64,000 nucleotides of DNA from Squalus acanthias (GCA_030390025.1 CM059432.1:86368001-86432000); one strand, 5' to 3'; counted from the stretch's first letter, positions 12,183 to 25,619 are shown. The notes: a model not told the origin generated them from the sequence alone. Numbers and translations are program-made.

Positions 12183-14673
12183 AACAACAACTTGTATTTA
12201 TATAGCTCCTTAACGTAGTAAAACATCCCAAGGCACTGCACGGGTATTTTAAGAAGACAAATTTGACACCGAGCCACAAGGAGAAATTAGGGCAGGTGAC
12301 CAAAAGTTTGGTCAAAGAGGTAGGTTTTAAGGAGCGTCTTAAAGGAGGAAAGGGAGGTAGCGAGGTGGACGGGTTTAGGCATGGAATTCCAGAGCTTAGG
12401 GCCTAGGCAACAGAAGGCACGGCCACCAATGGTTGAGCGATTTTATAATCAGGGATGCTCGAGGGCAGAATTAGGAGTGCAGATATCTCTGGCGGGGGGG
12501 GGGGGGGCTGAAGGAAATTGGAGATAGGAAGGGGCGAGGCCATGGAGGGATTTGAAAACCAGGATGAGAATTTTGAAATCAAGGTGTTGCTTAACCGGGA
12601 GCCATTGTAGGTCAGCAAGCACAGGGGTGATAGGTGAACGGGACTTGGTGCGAGTTAGGACACGGGCAGTCGAGTTTTGGATGACCAAGTTTACGTATGG
12701 TAGAATGTGGGAGGCCATCCAGGAGTGCTTTGGAATAGTCAAGTCTAGAGGTAACAAAGGCATGGATGAGGGTTTCAGCAGCGGATGAGCTGAAGCAAGG
12801 GCGGAGACGGGCGATGTTAGAGGTGGAAATAGGTGGTCTTTGTTATGCTGTGGATATGTGGTCGGAAGCTCATTTCAGGGTCAAATATACCAAGGTTGCG
12901 AACAGTGCGGTTCAGCCTCAGACAGATGTTGGGGAGAGAGATGGAGTTGGTGGCTGGGGAACGGAGTTTGTGGCGGGGACCGAAAACAATGGCTTCAGTC
13001 TTCCCAATATTTAATTGGAGAAAATTTTTGCTCATCCAGAACTGTCGGACAAGCAGTCTGACAATTTAAAGACAGTGGAGGGGTCGAGAGAAGAGGTAGT
13101 GAGGTAGAGCTGGGTGTCATCAGCTTACATGTGTTTTCAGATGATGTCAACAAGGGGCAACATGTAGATGAGAAATAGGAGGGGGCCAAGGATAGATCCT
13201 TGGGGGACACCAGAAGTAACTATGCAGGAGCGGGAAGAGTAGCCGTTGCAGGTGATTCTCAGGCTATGATTTAGATAGATAAGAATGGAACCAGGCGAGT
13301 GCAGTCCCACCCAGTTGGATGACGGTGGAGAGGCATTGAAGGATGGAGTGGCCAACCATGTCAAAGGCTGCAGACAAGTCGAGAAGGACGAGGAGATAGT
13401 TTAACTTTGTCACAGTCACCAAGGATGTCATTTGTGACTTTGAGAGCCATTTCGGTACTGTGGCAAGGGCGGAAACCTCTGGAGTCAAACATGAAAAGAT
13501 GGGCACGGATTTGGGAGGCGACAACACGTTCAAAGACTTGAGAGGAAAGGGAGGTTGGAGATGGGGCAGTAGTTTGCAAGAACGGAGGGATCAAGGGTTG
13601 GCTTTTTGAGGAGAGGGGTGATGACTGCAGATTTGAGGGAGAGTGGGGACAGTACCTGAGGAGAGAGAAACGTTCCTTTTCTGGCTCCCATGTTAGCCGA
13701 TAGTGAAGTTGGGTGGTCAGCAGTTTGGTGGGAATAGGGTTGAGGGAGCAGGAGGTGGGTTTCATGGACAAGATTAGCGCAGAGGTCCGAGGGGAGATCG
13801 GAGAGAAACTGGAGAAAGATGAGTTCACGGCTAGGGCGGGGGGGGTGGAACCTTTAGAGGAAGTTTGGCCCAGTGGGCTAGGGGAAGGAAGGGAAGTGGC
13901 AGAGGCAGCTGAACGGATGATCTCAATCTTAGACAAAAGTCCATGAGCTCCTCACACTTGTTATCGGAGGTGAGGGTGGAGGAGACAAGGGAGAAGATGG
14001 TTAGCAGCAGAGAATAGGAGCTGGGATTTATCTTTGCATTCCAGAATGATTCTGGAATAGTGAGCAATTTTAATCAGATGAGAGCAGGGCCTGATAATGC
14101 TTTGTGGTCCAGCCAGATCTGGTGGTGAATGGCTAAACCAGTTGTCCGCCATATCAGTTCAAGTCTGCGTCCCTTGGACTTAAGGGAGCGAAGATGAGGA
14201 CTGTGCCAGGGTGAGAGGGTAATTGTTTTAGTAGGGACTAGGGCATCAAAGGTGGTGGTGAGGGTGTGGTTGAGCAGAAATGTCAAGGTGAATGGAGGGC
14301 CAAAGGCTGGACAGTTGGGATTTCATTAGTGCAGTTGGAAGAGAGTTGGAAGAGTTTTTTCCAGGGGCAGACACAGAAGGAAGTAGGGTTGCCGGGGGGG
14401 GCTGTGGGTGGAGAGCGATATGAGGAAATGGTCAGAGATTCCTTATCTGCGATTGACACGATGGCAGTAGCGAGGCCACGAGATGGCAAGGTCAAGTGGG
14501 TGGCCGTGAATATGGGTTGGGGAGTTTACATGGAGGGCTGATTAAGGGAGGATAGGAGGCTAGTGAACTCAGGAGAGAGAGCATGATGAATTGAGATGGA
14601 GGTTGAAATCACCTGAGTATGCGCAGTCGTTCGGTGCAGAGGCTGAAGGAAGAGAGCGGTGAAGATATCTCCG
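12183..14673 (-). mobile_element. 5'-truncated L2 LINE (endonuclease end plus RT), frameshifted
   Basis: Minus-strand GDFNLH, HVNSPTHIHGHPLDLA, LLDLSAAFD, GVPQGSILGP and LNIGKTEAI; tail …gctatataaatacaagttgttgtt. Confidence 0.93.
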
Positions 14674-14894
14674 TAATAAAATTAAGAAAAATGTTAAGCT
14701 CTAAACTTGCATTAATACCAAAGTATTGTAATTCCTAATAAACTACATTATGAACTGAATAAAATGGCTTCAACCTAACAAGCAACAGCTGTTAATTCCT
14801 ATAGTGGGTTTTTCCTCTTCATCTGTTAATTATTGACTCAAATTCAAAAATCTTCAGCCTTGTTGGCTGGTTATTAAAATAGCAACCATGATTT

Positions 14895-16020
14895 AGTCGC
14901 CGCCTCTTGCATCTGAAGGTCATGGGCTCAAGCCCCACTTGAGACTTCAGCACTCAATCTAGCCTAACACGTCAGTACAGTACTGAGGGAATGCCACCTT
15001 TTGGATGAGGCGTTAAACCATCTGCCCTCAGATGGATATATGAGATCCAATGGCATTATTCGAAGAAGAGCATTGGATTTTTTTTCAGTCCTAGCCAATA
15101 TTTATCTGTCAACCAACATTAAAACAGATTGGCCTAGAAATTCGCGTGGCCGGCTTGCCGTGGGGGTAAGGATCGCGCACGCTCTTACCCACCGCGCCTG
15201 CCGTTGTGTTTTGGGCCCACAGGAATTTCGGGTCCCGGGCCTCGAGCCGGCGCGCAGTGCTTGTGTGTTCCAGGGGCGCAGTTAGTGCGATGCGACCCCT
15301 AAGATCACGTGGGCCATGGAGAGCTAATGGCAGCAGACCATCTTTCATTCATAGATTTGACAGGAGACCTGTCAAATCTGTGAATTGAAATCGGCCCCAA
15401 AAGAACAGCTAAACCTCATAAAAAATTTTTTAAAACCCATCACATTTATAAAACAACTAGTTAAATAAATTAACCACTTTAAACAAAAATGTAAATTTTT
15501 GAAAAAATTAAAATACTTTTTAAAAGTGATAAAAATAAGCTTACCTTTCTTTAAAGTCTCTAAAAAAGATAAACCTGTTGAGAGAAATTTAAAATTATAC
15601 TTAATTAACTACTTGTTCAAAAGTGGTCTTGCGCCTCCTTTTTACTAGCGTAGAATCTTCAATACTTACCCTCGCGTTGAAACCTGAAAAAAAATTTAAG
15701 TGTGCTGCGTGCGCGCAGCCTCTAGCGCGCACGCGGTTCACCTAGGAACCGCCCCCTTCACCATACCGGAAGTGCCGGTTTCCCGCGCATGCAGGAAACC
15801 GGCACTTCGGGAATGAATACGGGTGAGTACTCACCCGAGAACGGACGAATTTTTGGGCCATTATCTAGTCATTATTTCATTGCTATTTGTGGGACCATGC
15901 TATGCGCAACTCTGCTACCACGTTTCTGTTACAACAGTGATTTACACTGCAAAAAGTACTTAATTAGCTGTAAAGCACTCTGGGCGGTCCTGAGATCGTG
16001 AAAGGTGCTATATAAATCCG
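14895..16020 (+). mobile_element. SacSINE1/DeuSINE-like SINE split by a MITE
   Basis: SINE body up to 15130 and from 15860 onward rejoins as aaaacagATTatctagtc, as in the uninterrupted copy at ~17453-17470. Confidence 0.85.
15131..15859. mobile_element. Non-autonomous PIF/Harbinger-type element (MITE), 729 bp
   Basis: TIRs GGCCTAGAAATTCG / CGAATTTTTGGGCC (12/14 match) and a 3-bp TSD ATT (15128-15130, 15860-15862). CpG-rich ends, AT-rich core, no credible ORF. Confidence 0.88.
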
Positions 16021-16749
16021 ATTCCCCTCCTATTTCTGGTCATTGCTACCACTCTGCGATGTTGACTTATTGCTAAATGCAGAGTGCTCTTGTATGTTCT
16101 GTAAACGCAATGTCTTTGAATTTCAGATCATGTTCGGAGTTATCTCATCTTGACTGGGATGGTGATTCCTACTTCTGATTTTAGTTATCCAATGATCCTA
16201 GCTGGAAGGTATCTGAATGTCAGAACAACCTCTAGTACCCTTTCCCTCTGCGCCCCCCCCCCCCCCCCCCAAAAAAAAATAGAATAGTAACCTATACCAA
16301 AATTCCAAATAAACCTAACTTATTAAGGGAGGAGCCAACTCTAGACAATTGAAATTTGTCTTTTGGGAGAAGTGATTCAAAAGGTCCTAATTTATAGTAG
16401 ATCCCATGAGCTCCCATGACATGTATTTTTTAATTGTATGCCCAGCTTTAGAATACTTGGGCAACTAGAGGAGGGTTACATTTAACTGACCACCTAGGGG
16501 GTGTGCTTGTCTAACTATTTCAAATCTTTTTGTATGATACACAAGTTTGAAAGTGGACCTTGAATTTGTGTTGCTGAGGAGAGGGTATTTTACTGGAGCA
16601 AAATTTGAGCACTAAAGTTGACTATTTGGGGATGGGGTGGCTGGTTGGGGAGAGGAGTAATACATTTATTTTAAATGATAATTAACCCAAGGTTTTGCAT
16701 GCACACCACCACTATTTTCTAGCCTGTTAAACTAGATAGGCATCTAGAG

Positions 16750-17198
16750 TGTCAATTTGGCTTAGCAGTAGCACTCTCGCCTCCGAGTCAAAGGTTATGG
16801 GTTCAAGTCCCATTCTGAAACTTGAATACATAATCTGGGCTGACACCTTGTGCAGTATTGCAGGAGTCTTGCATTGTTGGATCTTGCCTGCCTGTTCAGG
16901 TGAACATAAGGATCCCATGGCTTTATTCAAAGATCGGGTGTCTTGACTAACACATTTTTCCTATAACCAGAGGATACAGATTTAAGGTGATTGGCTACAT
17001 GAGGAAAACAATTTTTACATAGCGAGTTGTGATCTGGAATGCACTGCCAGAAAGGGTGGTGGAAGCAGATTCAATAATTTTTGAAAGGGAATTGGATAAA
17101 TACTTGAAGGGGAAAATATTGCATGGTTATGGAATGGGACTAATTGGATAGCCCTTTCAAAGAACTAGCACTGGCATAATGGACCAAATGGCCTCCTG
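16750..17198 (+). mobile_element. SINE 5' half followed by a CR1 3'-end fragment
   Basis: SINE head (ggcttagcagtagcac…gggttcaagtccc) to ~16960, then CR1 tail sequence (…ctggaatgcactgcc…aaatggcctcctgtg). Confidence 0.75.
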
Positions 17199-17630
17199 TG
17201 TCAGCCATGGCTCAGTGGGTCGCATTCTTGCCTGAGTCAGGAGATTGTGGATTAAAGTCCCGCTCCAGAGACTTGTGCACAAAAATCTAGTCTGACACAG
17301 CAGTACAGAGGGAGTGCTGCACTGTTGGAGGTGCCATCTTTTGGATGAGACGTTAAACTGAGGTGATCATAAGATCCCATGGCACTATTTTGAAGAACAG
17401 GGAAGTTATCCCCAGTGTCCTAGCCAATATTTATCCCTCAATCAACATCACTAAAACAGATTATCTAATCATTATAACATTGCTATTTGTGGGAGCGTGC
17501 TGTATGTAAATTGGCTGCACTGTTTCCTACATTACAACAGTGACTACACTTCAAAAGTACTTCATTGGCTGTAAAGTGCTTTGGGATGTCCTGTGGTTGT
17601 GAAAAACACTATATAAATGCAAGGTTTTTT
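17199..17630 (+). mobile_element. Near-full-length SacSINE1/DeuSINE-like SINE
   Basis: tRNA-like head gtcagccatggctcagtgg, conserved body (…aaattggctgc…tttcctacattacaacagtgactacacttcaaaagtac) and L2-like tail. Confidence 0.85.
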
Positions 17631-20600
17631 TCCCTTCTGTGCTGTAGAGTTTGATTCTAACCAAAACCATCAAAAAGGAAATTAACGAGCCATTTACTTC
17701 ATTTATGTTTATGGGAACTTGTACACAAATTGTACACAAATTGGCTGCTGTTTTCAAATATAGCCACTGTTTTATAGGTAAAGAGCTTTAGGGTGTGATC
17801 AGGTACTATATAAATGTGCTTGCTCCTGAATGCAGATGTCTGTGTCTTGCTGTGACTATGAAGTGGCATTGTACCCAGACATTCCCAAATGTTAATTCTA
17901 ATTAAACTTACTTCTGATGTAATATAAATTGTAGACTGAGCCTACTTTGTTACCTGTTAAGAATTGTGCTCAAGGTTTCCTGCTGGTTCAGTGCAAACTG
18001 TTGTAATGTAGTACTGAGCCTTGCAGATCAATCCTTGGCCCAGCTGACATCGGCTAACTTGGGGTATGGTGATGCAGTGTTTATTATTGAGCTAGTAATC
18101 AAGTGGCCTGGCAGTTTGAGAATTTTAATTTTTTTTTTAATTTGAAAATTAAGAAATGGCTGGTTTCAGTAATAAGTTGACCCATGTAAAGCTATTTGTT
18201 GTAAAAACCCAACTGGTTCACTAATGCTCTTTTAGGGATGGAAACCTGCAATTTATGCCCAATCTGGCCCATATGTGACTCTAGGCCAACATCAACATGG
18301 TTGATTTTTACCTGCCCTCTGAAGTGGCCTAGCAACCCACTTTGGTTGTATCAAACCTCTTGCAGTGGTTCAAGAAGGCAGCAATGGATGGGCAATCAAT
18401 ACTGACCTTGCCAGCAGCACCCACATCCCAAGAATCAATATATTTTTTTAAACTTAAGGGATGTTAGAGGTTCCATAAAGTATAGTACCTACTGCCTGTG
18501 GAAACCATGAATCCCTGCCATGAGGAGTGAAGGAAAATGGCCAAAAGGACCACTTCAAAATAAGCTGAAAACAATCTGTTGTAGTTTGCAACCACTTCCT
18601 CATATGATCATTGTACTGAGGCATGTAATGCTGGTAAGTTAGGCCACATGGAATGAGTTTTGTAGCTAAATTTGATTTGTGAAATGCTTAACCATGAAGA
18701 CTCGTATGAAGGGAGCTTTCTCCTTGGGCCATGCATGTACCCTGTGGTGTGATTGGGGATGCACGCCATCCATCTGGTATTTAGTATTAATCAGTATTTT
18801 GCCAAAATGGACTGCAAGAAACTAGAAAGGGAAAATTTTGTTGGAATGCTCTAGAAAAATCTGTTCAGCATTCTGTGCTCTAATGGTGACTGTAGATCTG
18901 TGCAATAATCCTTTCCTTTTGAAGGATGTTGCAATAAACAGACTCTGCGATCTACGGCCAGAATTTCAAACAGGCTCTTATTATAGAAGCTTAAGAGGAT
19001 TATCCAATGTTGCAGTTCCCTTGATCACTGTACCATCTCAACAAGAAGCGGATCAAAGGATCTTGTAACTAATCAGGTTTAAAATCTTGTTTATGCATTT
19101 CATATGAATTTGGGGAAACATGCCTTGAGTGATTTTTCTCTTTCCCATCCGTATGTTTCAGAAATATAAAATGTGTAAACCATTAAATCCAATTTGTGAA
19201 GTATTTATCTTGGCATGCAAGGTTTAACTGGGATCTATTAGGAACCTTCTAAATTTTCTGTTAGTTTGGTTTCTCTCTCACTGATGTGGAGTGGCTGGCG
19301 AAGGTCACTTTTTAGTTGACAAATTTCTAGCTTTTTACCTGAACTTGATTAGGATTGGTATACTGTGTGTAACTGGCCTTGAAAGTCCGTTGTAAAATAA
19401 AATCTTGCATTAATATTTTTACTTTTTAAAAAGTTTAATTTACAGTGTGTGCTCAGCCAGCACAGGTTTTTAAGGTGAGATCCCTCCAACATCCAAGTCC
19501 AAAAAGGAGCAGGTAGCCACTAGCTGCAGAACTTACTAAAATTGAGATCATATAGCTTGTGCTTTACTGATGCTGGCTCTCCAACTGGAGCTGTCTAATC
19601 CCATTTCCTTGCCCATTGCCCCCTTCCTTCCTTCCTCTCTCTCTCTTTCCCCCCCCCCCTCTCCAATACCTATTTTATGAGAAGTATATAGTTAGACTGG
19701 AATTCACTTCCAGGGTGGGCAGAAACTGTCAACATTCAAGATAGTGGACGAAGGAAAAGGGGTTGAAGGGATTTGGGAACAGGGTGGGTAGAAGGCTATG
19801 TTCCCATTTAGAATGCAAGATGTAGACTGTTTGGAGCTAACTGTTTCTGTATTCTATTTCTAATGTAGATGTTGAACTAATGGATGAAAGACTAAGTGGG
19901 GAAACGAGAGAGAGTGAAGTTTAAGGAGGAAATTCCAGAGCATGTGGCCTCGGTGCCCATGCCTTCCACTGTCCATAGTGGGGTAAAGGGAGAGGGATGT
20001 AGAAGGCCAAAGTCATGTATGAGGGCTTCAGCAGCAGATGGGCTGAGGTAGGGGTGGTGGCAGGTGATGAAAAGTGGAAGTAGGCAGTCTTTATGATGGG
20101 CGAGGATATGGAGTCAGAATCTCAGTTCAGGCTTAAATGGGACACTGAGGTTGTGAACGGTATGTTTCCGACTGAAGATAGTGGCCAGGAAATTATTCTA
20201 TTCCTTAGCTATTCTAATGCCCCATCCCTTATTTTCTCTCCCCCTCTTTCCATTGCCCCCCCCCCCCCCCCTCACCAAAAAAAAGTCCTGGTTAACACTA
20301 GTAAACTATGGATGCAAGCCTATATTTTCCATTATCTCTTTACTGTGTGTTTGGACATACATGCTTGGCATGTAAAGATGAAGCTGCAGGACCTAGTTGA
20401 GTATATTGGCAAATGGTTACTAGACATTTTTTGTGGGTTAAATGTGCTAATTTTATTTATTAAACATTAGTGTTAACTTTTTTGAAACACTGAAATAACT
20501 TCTCAATAGAAAGTCATTATACTAATGGATTTTAATTATTCAGGTTACTGTTTCTGTTCAGAAAGACTAAGGAAATAGTCCTCATCAAGTAATCTGTGCC

Positions 20601-21664
20601 ATGTTCTTTCCCATTCTTTGCAACGTTATACACAATAGGAAAAGTATGTGTTTGGGTGGGGGGTGCATGAGTATTGCATGTTTTGTGCTTCTGTACTCAT
20701 AATGGATTTTTCTCAATGAATGATTTAAAGATGATTCATCATTCTTCTAGTGGGAGGATTTAATGTTAAAAGGAAATGAGCACATTTTTTGTCAGTAATG
20801 ATCAGTAGTTTACGCATCATTTCTGGCTCTCCAGAGCACCTGTCTAGTTTCTTTCATTTAATTGGTGCTGCAATTAACTTAATGCAGCTCTTTCTTGGGC
20901 TTTGCTACAAAATAACTTCTTGCGATTTATGACAAAATAAGTTTGGCTAGTACACAAGTGCTTCTGTTCAAAGGAGAGCAGGGAGTACATGCAACATTAA
21001 CAGCAGCACAGCTGGGACCCGTAGATGACATATTCAAGAATGTTGGCTCCTTTAGCCTAGGATCTTGTTCTGGACTAATTGGTCATTTTTTGTAAACTAG
21101 TTTGGTATAGAACAGATAAAAGGCGACAAAATTGTTAATTCCACTTTATAGAACACAGTGTACAGACAGTAATCTTATTGACCTCAACTGTTTACTTGAC
21201 TTGTACTTTTAAGTATAAGCAAAGTCTGAAGACTAATCTACATTTTTAAACTTCTGAGGTGTCTGCTGGATAATGCCGTTCCAATCATAATGTTTAGCTT
21301 TTATATGCTGCAGTATTCTACAGGTGCTTTCGTAACCTTTAAATGTGTAGGTAATACTTGACACCACTTCTGATCAGGGTAAGTTATCCTTGTTCTTCAG
21401 TCTACTAGGATTTGTGTGCCTAGTACTAAGAAAACCGATGGGTGGGTGGCCTGCTACTAAATTCTTGTTGCTGTCGTCCTTAATGTCAGCATGCGGAGGT
21501 ATGGGTTACCTGGGATGGACTACCTCTTCTGCCTGCCAAGCAATGTTGCAGCCTCTTCTTCGAAATAAGAAATCAAACCTTTGACCTTCCACTCTGGCAC
21601 TGAGCATTGTTGCTTCAACAGTTGGTACCATTATGTTGCCTGTAAAAGATGGGTTTTAAAAGCC

Positions 21665-21981
21665 ATTTCCTTGTGTAAACTTCTATGGGAATATTTTAGA
21701 GTTTTTACTTTTTTTTTCTTTTTAGAAAAAAACTATTGACTAATGTTTTGCAAATGGAGTGGGGGGAATTCCGAAACATAACTCCTTGTAATGCACTATT
21801 GTCTAGGAAGGAGCAACAACAAGCCCTATTTCCTTGTGTACATTACTTTGTGGGAATATTGAGATTCTTCCCCCATCTCATTTAAAAAAAAAAACTGTTG
21901 ACTAATGTTTTACAAATGAAGTTGGGGATTCCAAAACACAAATCCCTGTGTTGCACTATTTAGGAAGGAGCAACAAGCCTA
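21665..21981 (+). repeat. Diverged tandem duplication, two units of ~160 bp
   Basis: atttccttgtgta…tgggaatatt…ttgactaatgtttt…tgcactatt…taggaaggagcaacaa begins at 21665 and again at 21828. Confidence 0.9.
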
Positions 21982-22691
21982 ATATGGCACAATGCAAACT
22001 CACTTGCTGGAATAGCTTAATGTCTTGCAAATAGTTTTTTTTTTAAACCTCAATAGTTAATGGGATTGAAATAATGAAGTGAGTGCCGTATTCCATCAAT
22101 ATATTATTGGTCTTTCTGCCTTGCTGTGCAGTAAAATCCAGTTCTTCACTCTCGCAGTGCTCATGGGTGGCCACATTACCTGCAATGAAGCTTCAGATTT
22201 TTCTGTTTAGGTGTTCTCGCCTGACCTTCTTCCTATTCCTTCAACAGACATTAACACTGCTCTCCCAGTGATCCATATATAAGGCTTCTCCATTACTATT
22301 TCTCTAAATCTTTGTCATATCAGCAACACCTTTATCAAATTATGAAATATATTGTTGAGGATAAAGGATTTCTGTAGTTTTACTCAACATATCTTGAAAA
22401 AAATGCAGGCGATATAACTACTGTGCTGTTCTGTAATGTCTGCCAGTATTTCCTGCAATAAAAAAATTCATGTGTTTTTAGCTTTAACTTGTGGGGGAGG
22501 AAGAGAGAGATTAACTCTCATAATTTGTACCAATTCAAAATGTGCTGTAAGCATTGCAGAATTTTTGTGTTTTATTTATCTAGATTTTGCAAAGTTATGG
22601 TACTGAGAACCACTAACTTGAGTTACTGCCATAGTGATATTGTAGATCTTGATCACAGGTCACTGGTTGCCATAATTGGGTACATCTGAGT

Positions 22692-22980
22692 ATCAGTCTG
22701 GCTTGGTGGTAGCACATTTGCCTCTAAACCAGAAGATCATGGGTTCAAGCCCCACTCCCAGGAGCATATAATCTAGGCTGATTGCTCCACTGTGTACTAC
22801 ATTTGTCTGAGTTGCCTTCTTTTAAAATGAGATATTAAACCAAGGCTGAACTCCATGTTTCCAAAAACAAATTAACTGGTTATTCTGTTTGTTTGTGGGA
22901 CTGCCATATCTGCCGACATTGGCTTGAAGTGATTTAGGATGCCCTGAGGATGTGAGCTGGTACTAAAATGCACGTTCATT
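22692..22980 (+). mobile_element. Old degenerate SacSINE1-like SINE
   Basis: Head tcagtctggcttggtggtagcac…gggttcaagcccc and a decayed tail. Confidence 0.65.
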
Positions 22981-23225
22981 CTTCTTGAATTGTATTATTT
23001 TATCTCCATTGGATGATAATTTGTGTTCCCATTGGGGTATGTTGGTACTAACTTCAACATATCTGGTGCTGGGAGAAATAGTCACTAGAATTTTGTTCTA
23101 AATCTACAGCCAAATTGGCAAAGGCAGGTATTGCTGCCAAATGTAAAGAAATTGCATGTGTGTTTAACATAGAAAATCACTGCTGCTACCAGTCACCATT
23201 GCTGTCAGTCAACTAATTGTCCTTG

Positions 23226-23541
23226 GAGAAGTTCTGCTCTTCTTCTCTCCGACGGGATTTCCGTTTGCCTCTTTTACCTTCATCTTCATTGCTTTCTGTC
23301 TCCCTTCTCGTGTTTGATCAGGTATCTACCAAAACTCGTTTTTCATCCCCTCCCCCATTTCCCAGCCCCGACACTTGCTTAAAAATCTGTTCCATTTCCT
23401 GCTTTTTTCCAGTTCTGACGAAAGGTCATCGACCTGAAACGTTAACTCTGTTTCTCTCTTCACAGATGCTGCCTGACCTGAGTATCTCCAGCATTTTCTG
23501 TTTATTTCAGATTTCCAGCATCTGCAGTATTTTCTTTTTGT
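23226..23541 (+). mobile_element. Penelope-like element terminal (pLTR) insertion, 316 bp, 14-bp TSD
   Basis: Exact direct repeat ACTAATTGTCCTTG at 23212-23225 and 23542-23555. Carries the hammerhead motif and the downstream cacagatgctgcctgacctg…ccagcatctgcagt segment typical of shark PLE ends. Confidence 0.85.
23411..23447 (+). ncRNA. Minimal type-I hammerhead ribozyme motif
   Basis: AGTT-CTGACGA-A-AGGTC-ATC-GACCT-GAAA-CGTT-AACT: intact CUGANGA and GAAA boxes, 5-bp stem II, stem I AGTT/AACT and palindromic AACGTT in place of stem III. Confidence 0.8.
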
Positions 23542-24675
23542 ACTAATTGTCCTTGCTGCTCTGGGTATTGTCCAAGCAGGTGGATGAGACTGGTACTAGC
23601 AATCTTTCCTCAAACACTTAGGAACGTTACATTAACTTTCAGTTCCTAATTGTAGTTTTCATTTGAACTTCTGTTTCTTTGGGAGTCGAATACTACTTGA
23701 TAGCAAAATTTGTGCAATTATTGCCCTTCATTATAATTTAAAATGAGCATATTTTGTCAATTAATTTGCTAGAAACCACTTTGAAAATGGCCATTATACA
23801 ATTTTGCAACTGTACTGAACATTGTATTTTCCTGTGCAAGTAGCTTACTGAATTGAAACTAAATAATAGATAAGAACAGGAATTTCCAGGCAGTCTTGGT
23901 GCTGACCATTATCTAGATTCTTGTTAAGTGAATTGATGTCTGGATTTATTAATGCTTTGCCATTATATTGGAGAAGTTGGCCTGTTTTGCATGTTTATTT
24001 GCAAATTGAACTTTAAAGTTTACTCACTCAGATAAAAGTTTCTAATTTGACCATGTAAATGTGCTTTAGCTTTGTGCAGAAATCAATCAATTCCGTTAAA
24101 AGGAAGTTGAACAATTTGGCTCTTTAACTGAATTGGTTTTCTAACTTTTTAAAACTAATATACCTCTTGTGGTCCCTTTTCATTGACTGCAAAGATGCAG
24201 GTGATTTGGAGAATGATTATTTCCTACTACTAGCGATGTGTGGGGGAGATTGGGGAAAATCAACATTTAAACTCGCTGGTATAGTAAATCAGAGGAAATT
24301 CTTTCAAACATACGGTTTTGAGAATGTAGAATGCACTGCCCCAAAAGACCTAGAATGCAGAATTAATTGGTGCTTAACAGGGAGAAAGATACCTTTTTGG
24401 AAAGTAGGCATAGTGGATAAAGTGACAGGAAGTAGAGATTTAAAAAGAGCTTTCATGACTGGCAATATGGCGAAGCAGGCTCAAGAGGCTGAGTGACTTA
24501 CACTCTGTTCTTTGTTCCTGGAAACTGAGCATCTCCAATCCTTTTCAACTTGTTTAGAGGCTGCCATCATTTGTATCAGCAAGCTGTTGGGTGCATCTTG
24601 CCTGTATAGGCCAGTGATGTGGCTTTTCACTGGCAACTATCTAGTCCTTTTTTTGGCAAGATGCTATTCATCTGA

Positions 24676-24798
24676 AGAGAGAGAGAGACAGAGAGAGAGA
24701 CAGAGAGAGAGACAGAGAGAGAGACAGAGAGAGACAGAGAGAGAGACAGAGAGAGACAGAGAGAGACAGAGAGAGACAGAGAGAGACAGAGAGAGACA
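24676..24798 (+). repeat. (AGAGAGAGAC)n-type microsatellite
   Basis: Directly visible; abuts the 5' end of the CR1 fragment. Confidence 0.97.
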
Positions 24799-25060
24799 CA
24801 AGATTTGGTAGGTTAAAATAAAGCAGTCTTTTAAATGGTGAGAGATTGGGAAATGTTGGTGTTCAGAGGGACCTGGATGTCCTTGTACACGAATCACTGA
24901 AAGTTAACATGCAGGTACAGCAATCAATTAGGAAAGCAAATGGTATGTTGGCCTTTATTATAAGAGTAAAGACATCTTACTGCAATTATATAGGGCCCTG
25001 GTGAGACCACACCTGGAATATTGTGTACAGTATTGGTCTCCTTACCTAAGGAAGGATATA

Positions 25061-25411
25061 CAGGAAACTCTTTCGTATCCGGCACCGACTGGACTGGGAT
25101 GGTGCCGGTTGATTAAAAATTCCGGATAACGGAGAGGTATATCTACTGAGGCTATTTTTAACAAACAAAAATTTAAAAAAATCAAGAAATGTGCAGTATA
25201 ATTGGGTACTCCCCTACAGAATGTTGTGTTAAATGGATGGTGGAAGATGCTTGATTAAGTACAGTAATGCCAGTTGAGGGTAATCCATAACTCTAATTAC
25301 TTAACAGTAAAACAAAACTTAAACGACTATACTGTAGTTTTCGGAGTATGAATTCTGCCAGTTATTAGAGAATTCCAGATATTTAGGTGCCGTTTAAACG
25401 AGAGTTTCCTG
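25061..25411. mobile_element. Tc1/mariner-pogo (Tigger-like) MITE, 351 bp
   Basis: TA|CAGGAAACTCT…AGAGTTTCCTG|TA: perfect 11-bp terminal IR extending imperfectly to GGCACC/GGTGCC, with a TA TSD. The empty site ggataTActtgcc is seen at ~27502-27514. Confidence 0.92.
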
Positions 25412-25619
25412 TACTTGCCATACAGGGAGTGCAACGAAGGTTCACCAGACTGGTTCCTGGGATGGGGGGGATTGTCCTAATGAGGAGAGATTGAGTAGAC
25501 TAGGCCTATATTCTCTGGAGTTTAGAAGAATGACAGGTGATCTCATTGAAACATACAAAATTCTTAAAGGACTTGGCAGGGAGGATATTTCCCCTGACTG
25601 GGGAGTCTAGAACCAGGGG

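Noticed and set aside
17199..17270. tRNA gene (also 2027-2095 and 16750-16815)
   Set aside because: A/B-box-like heads continue into SINE bodies, with no complete cloverleaf.
24512..24897. ORFs with ERERQR / SLSLCL repeats
   Set aside because: They are translations of the GA-rich microsatellite.
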